This document shows, piece by piece, positions 36,870 through 44,104 of a DNA stretch of 64,000 nucleotides. A program made the position numbers and the translations under genes. The notes below the pieces were generated by a model, which saw only the letters and a list, made by a program, of their open reading frames with translations, made no database searches and had not been told where the DNA came from. The DNA comes from a virus (taxonomy: Duplodnaviria > Caudoviricetes), in IMG/VR virus record IMGVR_UViG_3300001528_000378, positions 64,001-128,000 of that record; one strand, given 5' to 3'. Positions within the stretch are counted from its first letter, which is position 1. Every line of letters begins with the position of its first letter.

Positions 36870-37378
36870 AGTTTTAATTCCTTAATATACATAGATGTCA
36901 ATTCACTAGAACATCTACTAACTGCTCTATCCCAAACTCTCTGTGGAAATCCATGATGAAGTTTTCCTGCTGGTCTTATAACCTTAACTGGATGGTCTAG
37001 ACTATTTGTTACTTCCATAACCCCATAGGGAGTTCCTTCTACAACCCTAAATACGTCTTTAATTAATCTATTTTCTACTGCATAGAATAATCTGTTTGGC
37101 ATCATTTTATAAACTGTGTTTTGCAACTTCTTACCAGGATTAATCAGTTCATTTAAATAAAGTGTATGCTTACTATCTTTTGATTTAAACTCATGCTCAA
37201 AATCTTCTAATGATGTCTTAATTTCCACTTCAATAACGTCATTTGGTGTGGCTGCGACCACATCTGCAAAATAATTAGATAAAACACCAACCTCTGTTGC
37301 TACTAATGGAAAATGACGAATGTACCTATAATAGTACATTACTAAACCTTTTATTTCTATTGAAGTTAGTTTATTCAT
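36866..37378 (-). CDS. PD-(D/E)XK nuclease-fold protein (MmcB-like)
   Basis: TEV..ADVV..IEVEIKTSLEDF..PNRLFYAV..YGV. Confidence 0.75.
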   Translation of the reverse strand: MNKLTSIEIKGLVMYYYRYIRHFPLVATEVGVLSNYFADVVAATPNDVIEVEIKTSLEDFEHEFKSKDSKHTLYLNELINPGKKLQNTVYKMMPNRLFYAVENRLIKDVFRVVEGTPYGVMEVTNSLDHPVKVIRPAGKLHHGFPQRVWDRAVSRCSSELTSMYIKELKL

Positions 37379-37388
37379 AAAATAAAAA

Positions 37389-37462
37389 TGCCCTCGGCGG
37401 GATTTGAACTCACAACCTTCTCCTTAGGACGGAGCTGCTCTATCCAGTTGAGCTACGAGGGC
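37389..37462 (-). tRNA. tRNA-Arg(CCT)
   Basis: GCCCTCG acceptor, GCTC/GAGC D stem, loop GTCCTAA, TTCAAAT T loop. Confidence 0.9.
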
Positions 37463-37472
37463 TTAAATCATA

Positions 37473-37554
37473 TACCCAGAGAGGGACTTGAACCCTCATG
37501 GATTGCTCCATACGCTCCTAAGGCGTACGTGTCTACCAATTCCACCATCCGGGC
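37473..37554 (-). tRNA. tRNA-Leu(TAG)
   Basis: TACGC-CTTAGGA-GCGTA, long variable arm, TTCAAGT. Confidence 0.93.
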
Positions 37555-37626
37555 AAAAATAATTAATATGGTTAAATCCTTATTAATAATATACCATATT
37601 AATTTTAACTTGTCAAGTAATATTTT

Positions 37627-37713
37627 GTGTCGTTGCCAGAATCGAACTGGCTCAATCGTCCTACGTTATAAACATCATCGGACATTTGCGTGCTACCATT
37701 ACACCAAACGACT
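37627..37713 (-). ncRNA. tRNA-like RNA with non-anticodon central arm, copy 1
   Basis: GTCGTT/AACGAC acceptor, GTGT-AATGGTA-GCAC D arm, GCCAG-TTCGATT-CTGGC T arm; centre GTCCGATGATGT..ACGTAGGACG shared with copy 2. Confidence 0.85.
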
Positions 37714-37717
37714 AAAA

Positions 37718-38173
37718 CTATAAAATGTTAATACAGTATGCCAAACAGATATCTAAAAAAAATGCAACAAGATTTGCTGATACTACATCTAATGGCCAGT
37801 GTGCTTTTACATATACTCTAGTCCATGCACAAGCCCAAGCAAGTAATATAAATGGTATGCACACCCATAATGGCTTTACAAAAAATAAAACATAATATGC
37901 TGGTAGGGCTGCACTCATTGCATGCCCAGACAAAAAACTCTCCCCATCTTTATGTGAATATCCATGAATATAAAGTACATGCTCTTTTGAATCACGTGGT
38001 CTTGGTGCGTCAAAAATACCTTTAAGTATTTGTACAATTATATTACCAATAAGATAAACAACTACAAAATAAACTAGCTCTCTTACCCCACGTAAGAAAT
38101 AAATAACTGGGAGTGCAGATACTGGTAATAGTATGGTTAGAACATCACCCAATTTTTTAATAATATTTTTCAT
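37718..38173 (-). CDS. PAP2-family membrane phosphatase
   Basis: K-x5-PRP, SFLSGH, TRVYVKAHWPLDV. Confidence 0.9.
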   Translation of the reverse strand: MKNIIKKLGDVLTILLPVSALPVIYFLRGVRELVYFVVVYLIGNIIVQILKGIFDAPRPRDSKEHVLYIHGYSHKDGESFLSGHAMSAALPAYYVLFFVKPLWVCIPFILLAWACAWTRVYVKAHWPLDVVSANLVAFFLDICLAYCINIL

Positions 38174-38182
38174 AAATTAGAA

Positions 38183-38291
38183 TGCCTGTTTGTGGTCACT
38201 GGAACAGGCAATCCAGCAAATAAGGTATGGAGGTGCTCTACCCTGACCAGTAAGACTCGTACTACCTAGTTTTAAGTAGCGAACGTCCTAC
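38183..38291 (-). ncRNA. candidate pseudoknotted RNA
   Basis: GTAGGAC/GTCTTAC hairpin; TGGTCA/TGACCA enclosing two hairpins; loop TGCCTGT complementary to downstream ACAGGCA. Confidence 0.6.
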
Positions 38292-38298
38292 AAATATA

Positions 38299-38370
38299 TC
38301 AGGAACGTGGGCACTGCCCCCACCCCATTCGGCCCCAAACCGAATATGCTACTGTCAACACCTGTTCCTG
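38299..38370 (-). tRNA. tRNA-Pro(TGG), atypical D/T loops
   Basis: CAGGAAC/GTTCCTG, TTCGG-TTTGGGG-CCGAA, T arm GTGGG-GGCAGTG-CCCAC. Confidence 0.85.
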
Positions 38371-38435
38371 TAAATAAAACAACATATCTTGTAAATCTAT
38401 AACAACATACTACAATATTTTTAGAACATTGTCAA

Positions 38436-39005
38436 CTACTTTTTTATAACTTTAAATCTATCCCAATCAACACGTACTGGAGTTGAATGCTCTTCTGTTG
38501 CCTCAAGAGACTTACGGAGTTTATCTTCTGGGGATAAAGTTTTATCTTTACTCAACCAATACAAAGCACCTTTTGCAAAATCCATACCACAACCAGCTTC
38601 ATCATAGCCTCTTGTATCCTCTAACACAGAGAAGTCTGCTTGTACATGATATAGTTTGCCCTTATAACCCAAAAGGAAATCACCACCGGTTTTCTTACCA
38701 TTCTCACTGTGGGTATGTTCCGTAGACAAAAACCCCGAACAATCAAAGGTTCGCATAATAGATGGTATAACCATCTTAACTAAATATTGTAAATCATCTG
38801 TGCAAGTTTTTGGCCTCTTTGGTTGTTTCCAATCGTATTGCAAAATTTGTCCCATCCTAAATGATCCACAATAACCAACAATAAAGTCACCATTAACAAA
38901 CACTTTTTGATTATTATAGTGTAAATCGGAGTAGCCATCAGAACCCATATGGTCTCCCGCCATATACACGTGTTTCTTTTCAACAAAACCAACTATACAA
39001 GTCAT
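38436..39005 (-). CDS. HslV/proteasome-beta-like Ntn peptidase
   Basis: N-terminal Thr MTCIVG, AGD, KVF, GYCGS, AGCG..AKGAL. Confidence 0.8.
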   Translation of the reverse strand: MTCIVGFVEKKHVYMAGDHMGSDGYSDLHYNNQKVFVNGDFIVGYCGSFRMGQILQYDWKQPKRPKTCTDDLQYLVKMVIPSIMRTFDCSGFLSTEHTHSENGKKTGGDFLLGYKGKLYHVQADFSVLEDTRGYDEAGCGMDFAKGALYWLSKDKTLSPEDKLRKSLEATEEHSTPVRVDWDRFKVIKK

Positions 39006-39008
39006 TTT

Positions 39009-39290
39009 GCACCTCTATTATACGGATTATTCAACACTGACAAATTGTACATTACTATACAGGAGTAAGTCCATGTAACAATATATTCAATAAATAGTTT
39101 TTGTCATAAAGATACTCTGGTTTTTGAAACGTGGTTGCCCAGAAAACACGAAGCCGTAGCTTTAGGATACCGTAGCCTATCGTTGCGTTCACTTAACGAC
39201 CTGATCGCACCTCAGCCCGGGCCGTATGGTGTACCAACCTCTAGAACTAATAAAATTATACGGAAGACGGAGGTGCTAAACAAGCTCTAA
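39009..39290 (-). ncRNA. structured leader/ncRNA between tRNA-Ser and the peptidase gene
   Basis: GCACCTC/GAGGTGC and CCGTAT/ATACGG stems; no ORF. Confidence 0.5.
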
Positions 39291-39315
39291 CTAACTAACT
39301 ATATTCCTATAAATA

Positions 39316-39412
39316 TGGCGGTGAGGGTGGGATTCTAACCCACGAACGAGAGTATTAATCCCGTTGCTGAGGTTCAAGCTCAGTGCGATAAAACAGGCTC
39401 CGCCACCTCACC
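39316..39412 (-). tRNA. tRNA-Ser(TGA)
   Basis: CTGAG-CTTGAAC-CTCAG, long variable arm, G73, encoded CCA. Confidence 0.92.
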
Positions 39413-39415
39413 AAA

Positions 39416-40094
39416 TTAACAATAGTGTCTGCGTTTCTTGTGGTCACTCTTCTTATTTTTACTTTTGTATGTTGGTAATTGACTATCACAGTTTGAACAT
39501 AAATAAAACTTATTTTTATTTTTCCTTCTTTGAAATCTATATAGAGTTTATACCTTTTACATTCTTTGCAAAGTTCGGCCTCTGTATACCTTATTCCACA
39601 TCCTTTGCATAAACGTGTATGATGCCTACATGATTTTGCTGTACTACCTGTATACCATATTCTTTCTTTTTTCGGTTTTGATTTCTTATTTATAACTGAT
39701 ATCAAAACACGGTTTAACTTATTTATATAGAAATCAAACCCTAAATATTCTATACTACGTTTTCTAATAAGGTTTATACTTTCTGGTTTTTGTTTTCTCT
39801 TATGAGCACATTTTTGTGAACAAAACTTACCAGACCCAAACCATTCTGATACCAGTTTTCCACATGACTGGCAAGTATAGGCACAATTCTTTTTCTAAAA
39901 CTAATCAGGTGTGTCTTATAAGACCCACCCTGCGCTGTTACTTCCTTCCCACAACATTCGCATATCCTTGTTCCATACACTACTGGTTTGTGTATACTCT
40001 TAACGTGATTCGCCACATCTGTTGAACGTTCAAATAATATGCCACAATATTTACATTTATACGTATTTACAAAATAAAACCAACATGCTTCCAA
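39416..40094 (-). pseudogene. degenerate zinc-finger/HNH endonuclease
   Basis: Three frames join: YKCKYCG.., TCQSCGK..FGSGKFCSQKCAH.., LCSNCDSQLPTYKSKNK; HNH core missing. Confidence 0.7.
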
Positions 40095-40098
40095 AAAT

Positions 40099-40443
40099 CT
40101 ATTCCTCTACATCGCTGCATATCTCACTGTGCGTTAATTTCATATTATACTTTGCCAAAATTAAATTATAAAAATATATTGGAAAAGTATACTTGTTATT
40201 AAAAACACTATTATTCAGTTCATTAACCGGAATTTCATTCTGAAACTTTTTCAATTCACCCAAAAAATCTTTAGAATAACATGTTTCTAATAAACAATCT
40301 ATATACTCGCATACGTCACCTTTTATATCTTTCTCTTCCATTTTCGTTTTGTCATATTTCCATTCTTTAATAAGAAATTGACAGCCATAATAAGTAGTAT
40401 TAGTTGAATATAACCTAAACGCAAACATAATAAATTTCCTCAC
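40099..40443 (-). CDS. hypothetical protein
   Basis: ORF within tRNA region. Confidence 0.5.
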   Translation of the reverse strand: MRKFIMFAFRLYSTNTTYYGCQFLIKEWKYDKTKMEEKDIKGDVCEYIDCLLETCYSKDFLGELKKFQNEIPVNELNNSVFNNKYTFPIYFYNLILAKYNMKLTHSEICSDVEE

Positions 40444-40455
40444 TTTATTTTTTAT

Positions 40456-40611
40456 TTCAATATGCCAATTAGTTACTCGTGGTTTCCACTGCAGTGTTTG
40501 TTCACTAATCGCTCTTTGCTTGTTGTACTTAACATGTAATTAGTCTGTAGCACTCTATATGTACCTAGCACGTTTCTGACATATAGCAATCAACTTTCGT
40601 TGAATATTGAA
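40456..40611 (-). ncRNA. candidate multi-helix ncRNA
   Basis: TTTCAATAT/ATATTGAAA closing stem with four internal hairpins. Confidence 0.55.
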
Positions 40612-40623
40612 ACAAAATCTATA

Positions 40624-40696
40624 TGGAGCTGATCGGGTTCGAACCGACGACCCCCTGCTTGCAAAGCAGGTGCTCTCCCAACTGAGCTACAGCCCC
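40624..40696 (-). tRNA. tRNA-Ala(TGC)
   Basis: GGGGCTG/CAGCTCC with G3-U70; CCTGC-TTTGCAA-GCAGG. Confidence 0.96.
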
Positions 40697-40705
40697 TAAA
40701 ATCCG

Positions 40706-40792
40706 TGCCCACCCTTGGACTTGAACCAAGACAAGCGTCCTACGTACTAATTACATCATCGGACTTGTGCGTGCTACTTACACCAAGCGGGC
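40706..40792 (-). ncRNA. tRNA-like RNA with non-anticodon central arm, copy 2
   Basis: GCCCGCT/GGTGGGC acceptor, GTGT-AAGTA-GCAC, CTTGG-TTCAAGT-CCAAG; same invariant centre as copy 1. Confidence 0.85.
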
Positions 40793-40796
40793 AAAA

Positions 40797-41445
40797 TCCA
40801 CTGGAAAGTTAAACCCTTATACTCTCATAGCCCTATAAAAGGGCATCATATTTTAGCGATACTGGTCGCAAGGGAATTTAGATCACAGTGGTGTTCCCAG
40901 AAGCAATTTATCTAAGAACAAAGACACACCAACTGTGGTATGTGTGTGCCCCAACCAATAGTTCTTTACACTAGTTTTATAAGTACCACTCTTTCCTTCT
41001 AATGTCCACGGACTATTACGTGAGTCATTCAGACCATAAGCTATCCTTTCGCGGTAGCAGCTAGATCGGTTTCTAAGGCACCTAATCCGGCCCAGGTTGA
41101 GTTTTTAGTGTGGCTCAGCCTCATGTACATGGTTCGGCCTAAAAAGGACCATTCGGTGCATTTTAGGCCCAGGAATGTGTATGGTATTACACACCCTAAC
41201 TGTGCATCTTCTACGGGGTTTAACCGCAATTTCGGTAGCGGTCCTATGGTTCGCCAAGCTCACAGGGGAGCATGGGTTTCCTTGCGGTTCAAGGCATAGG
41301 ATGCGATTGTTCCTGGAAGAACAGGATTTCGTCACCAACGTTTATTTTCCCCTACACAGTTTACTACACTAGGAGGTAGTTTTAGGTCATAACTCCACGG
41401 ACCCCAGCTTCTCTGCTGGAACTGCAAAGCGCACTTCGCAGTATA
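40797..41445 (-). ncRNA. candidate large ornate ncRNA (~650 nt)
   Basis: GC-richer, no credible ORF, at least 12 consecutive hairpins, flanked by tRNA-type genes. Confidence 0.7.
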
Positions 41446-41454
41446 TTTACTAAA

Positions 41455-41528
41455 TGGAGCCGGAGAAGGGAATCAAACCCTTGTTTGATGCTTACAAGGC
41501 AACTATTCTATCATTGAATTACTCCGGC
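41455..41528 (-). tRNA. tRNA-Thr(TGT)
   Basis: GCCGGAG/CTCCGGC, loop CTTGTAA, encoded CCA. Confidence 0.9.
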
Positions 41529-41539
41529 CTTATATTTAT

Positions 41540-41568
41540 ACTATACTAAATTATTTTACTTTTGTCAA
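41540..41568 (-). promoter_or_regulatory. RNA-island promoter
   Basis: TTGACA-17-TATAGT; spacer near-identical to 42253-42281 and 43993-44021. Confidence 0.8.
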
Positions 41569-41922
41569 GCTTTCACCTTTGTAATCATTATAATTACAAT
41601 AGGGTTCAAACTTTACTGGTGGTACATTAGTAGGCCACACAAAAGGTTGAGTAGGAACACTTGGTATAATAGGATTAGTTACTTCTTTGATAGTTACTGG
41701 AAATTCCCCATGAAGTAAAACATTCTCCAATCCTTTCTTTAACCAATTAGTTTTTATATTCTCATAGGCATCTAAAACCAAATCCACTTCTGTAATAGAT
41801 TTTAAGTTTGTTTGTGTTAAAAGTTGCTTAACTAGAATACTATCTAACTTACTAAGGTTAGCATTAGGATGTAGCGAACTAAAGTTTTCAACAATAGTTT
41901 TAATATCGTTAATTGTCAACAT
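41551..41922 (-). CDS. hypothetical protein
   Basis: AAGGAG RBS. Confidence 0.65.
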   Translation of the reverse strand: MLTINDIKTIVENFSSLHPNANLSKLDSILVKQLLTQTNLKSITEVDLVLDAYENIKTNWLKKGLENVLLHGEFPVTIKEVTNPIIPSVPTQPFVWPTNVPPVKFEPYCNYNDYKGESLTKVK

Positions 41923-41944
41923 ATATTCTCCTTAAAAGTATTAA

Positions 41945-41975
41945 CAGTTGTTCTAATCGATTGAGCTATAAGCGC
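41945..41975 (-). pseudogene. 5' half of a tRNA (Arg-like)
   Basis: GCGCTTA TA GCTC AATCGATTA GAAC A ACTG, then breaks off. Confidence 0.6.
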
Positions 41976-42064
41976 GAAATCTTCTTGTGTGGTTTACTTA
42001 TAATACATCAGGAACAACATCCCTCCGTAAATATAAATATAAATAAACAGATATAGATTTTTAC

Positions 42065-42192
42065 ATCAACCGGCTGGTGTCTGCTCCCAACTCATAATAC
42101 ATACCTTATGTTGTATAGGTATTCCCAGACAGGGTAGGGCATAAGGTGTACCAGGTATCTGTACTATACCAAGTGGCAGTTGGCCTATACAC
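42065..42192 (-). ncRNA. candidate multi-pseudoknot RNA
   Basis: Crossing complementary pairs GTATAGG/CCTATAC, ACCTTATG/CATAAGGT, CCAACT/AGTTGG, TGTCTG/CAGACA, CTGGT/ACCAG. Confidence 0.55.
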
Positions 42193-42421
42193 GTCTTACT
42201 CACTTATTCATTTAAGCACACAAAACTTTCAAATATCAATTTACTTCTTATATATATACTAAATTATTTTACTTTTGTAAAGTATAAATCCTGCCAGATT
42301 TCACACCACTCTCCGGCTAAGCGTAGGGCCTATTTAGGTACCTTTTGCCATATCTATAATGTCGCGCTAGGCTTTACCCTATCGTGCGAGAGTGTTATAT
42401 TGACTAACATAACAAATTTAT

Positions 42422-42445
42422 TGCGCCCACAAGGACTTGAACCTA
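42422..42445 (-). pseudogene. 3' part of a tRNA (T arm plus acceptor strand)
   Basis: AGGTTCAAGTCCTTG TGGGCGC A directly after the endonuclease gene. Confidence 0.6.
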
Positions 42446-42454
42446 CCGTAATAT

Positions 42455-43243
42455 TTATTTTGATAATGCTAAATAATTTTTACAATCTTCATCTTTTATT
42501 ATACTATTTATTCCTAATTTTTTCATTACTCTACTATCAACTATATTTATTTTTTTATCTTTTGGAAATTGCGTCCACTTAAAATAATCTTTTATTGTTT
42601 TATATCCTTTAACTTCAACATATTCATTTAATTCTGGCAAATAAAAATCTGGAAAATATTTATGTGTTTTATTTAAATAAAAATAATCAAAACCAATTTT
42701 ATTTCTTAAAAAATTTATATTATTTTTGTCACACCATATAGCAAATTTTAATTCATAAGTTCCTTGTAGTTTTATATTTTTATATATATAAGTTTTTACG
42801 TATCCGCGTTTATAAGTTCCAATATATTTATCGGGATTATTGCTTATATATTTTTTTATACCTATTGATATTTTTTGTTTCCATAACTCTTTATTTTTAG
42901 CAATAGATTTTTTATGTTTTCCCAAACTATGATTTTGTTTATATGTTTTACTTTGTTTTAAAATTCTTTTATCTATTTCTTTTGTTAAACCTTTATTCCA
43001 AGCAACTCTTGTACCATTTTTATAGCCAGCAATACATTTATTACAAAATTCTGCACCTTCTTTAGTATGCTTTCTCCAAATATGTGTAGCAATCCCCATT
43101 TTAGAATATTCTTTATTACATATTGGGCAAATATATTTATTATTTTTAATAATACATTTAGATATAATTTCTAATATTACTTTATTACGTTGTTTTTGTT
43201 TGCCACAATACTTACAAATATACTTATTATCTTCAAGCATCAT
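42455..43243 (-). CDS. putative free-standing homing endonuclease (Zn finger, NUMOD-like, PD-(D/E)XK)
   Basis: CKYC, CPIC..H..H, AWNKGLTKE, YFPDFYLPELNEYVEVKG. Confidence 0.8.
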   Translation of the reverse strand: MMLEDNKYICKYCGKQKQRNKVILEIISKCIIKNNKYICPICNKEYSKMGIATHIWRKHTKEGAEFCNKCIAGYKNGTRVAWNKGLTKEIDKRILKQSKTYKQNHSLGKHKKSIAKNKELWKQKISIGIKKYISNNPDKYIGTYKRGYVKTYIYKNIKLQGTYELKFAIWCDKNNINFLRNKIGFDYFYLNKTHKYFPDFYLPELNEYVEVKGYKTIKDYFKWTQFPKDKKINIVDSRVMKKLGINSIIKDEDCKNYLALSK

Positions 43244-43291
43244 TTAATACCTAGTTTAAATTTAAACAGAGCTATTAACCAAAACTATAAG

Positions 43292-43387
43292 TGGCAGGTA
43301 CTGGACTCGAACCAGTAACACGGTCTTATCTGGGCCGCGCTTTACGGGGTTATAAATCCCGCCCTTTAACCATTAAGCTAACCTGCC
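43292..43387 (-). tRNA. tRNA-Ile(TAT) with long variable arm
   Basis: GGCAGGT/ACCTGCC A, loop TTTATAA, variable arm GCGCGGCCCAGATAAGACCGTGT, TTCGAGT. Confidence 0.85.
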
Positions 43388-43671
43388 ATTAAATCTATAT
43401 GAGATAGTTTTATATCTTGTCTCCAAGGATATTTTTACTACTTATCTCTAGAATCCCTACTCGCATAAGGGTTCCGTTACAACGACTAACTTAGTTAGGC
43501 ATGCGATTGATAGCTTTTTATTCTTAACTCTTTCGCTATTAAACGGGTTAGCCACCTACATTCCCACATCGCGCTTAGAATTTCAATCTTTATAATCATT
43601 ATTCAGCTTATAATTTTGATTGTCTAAGAGTCCGCGATAGAGTGAACTATTTAACGAACTATTTAAATCTT

Positions 43672-43744
43672 TAGCAGGGGCTGGAGTTGAACCAGCTATC
43701 TCTTGGTTATGGGCCAAGCGAGTTAACCGTTTCTCTACCCTGCA
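43672..43744 (-). tRNA. tRNA-Met(CAT), initiator-like
   Basis: U1-U72 mismatch, A11-U24, CTTGG-CCCATAA-CCAAG. Confidence 0.88.
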
Positions 43745-43754
43745 ATAAAAAGAT

Positions 43755-43947
43755 TGTGCTGGAGTGTGATTTGCACACACTAAACGTGCTTTATTTTCTC
43801 TTCCGCTGTAAATAACCACAGAACTCGAATGGGAGTCGCACTTCCCACGTCAATAAATAATTATCGGGTAGAAATTCCTTTCGGTGACTTGTCGGCACTA
43901 TGTTGGCCTATCTATCTGGCTCTAGCTACTTTTAGCTTACTCAGCAC
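43755..43947 (-). ncRNA. ~193-nt RNA with tRNA-like ends
   Basis: GTGCTG/CAGCAC A acceptor-like stem, AGCT-AAAAGT-AGCT D-like arm, GTGTG-TGCAAAT-CACAC T arm, ~130-nt inserted domain. Confidence 0.7.
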
Positions 43948-43961
43948 ACGAATTATTTAAA

Positions 43962-44088
43962 GTTTCAAATAACAATTATTTCTTATATTTATAATATACT
44001 AAATTATTTTACTATTGTCAAGTTATATTTTTATTTTTTTACTATTACTTAACAAATATATTATAGCATATTATTCTAAGTTTGTCAA
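43962..44088 (-). promoter_or_regulatory. tandem promoters plus boxA-like element heading the RNA island
   Basis: TTGACA-17-TATAAT (44060-44088), TTGACA-17-TATATT (43993-44021), then TTGTTATTTGAAAC. Confidence 0.7.
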
Positions 44089-44104
44089 GTGGGTAATTTT
44101 ATAC

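Noticed and set aside
37389-37462. Amber suppressor tRNA (CTA in the loop)
   Set aside because: Stem register places CCT at positions 34-36, so it is tRNA-Arg
37627-37713. Hammerhead ribozyme or intron-containing tRNA
   Set aside because: CCGATGA is not CUGANGA and there is no GAAA strand; no group I core; no obvious excision restores a 7-nt anticodon loop
41041-41372. Four short overlapping ORFs
   Set aside because: No RBS and atypical composition; better explained by a GC-richer structured RNA
42065-42192. HDV-like theta ribozyme
   Set aside because: No GG/P1.1, P4 or catalytic C segment, and it is not directly at a tRNA 3' end
43755-43947. tmRNA
   Set aside because: No G3-U70 alanine identity, too short, no convincing tag reading frame
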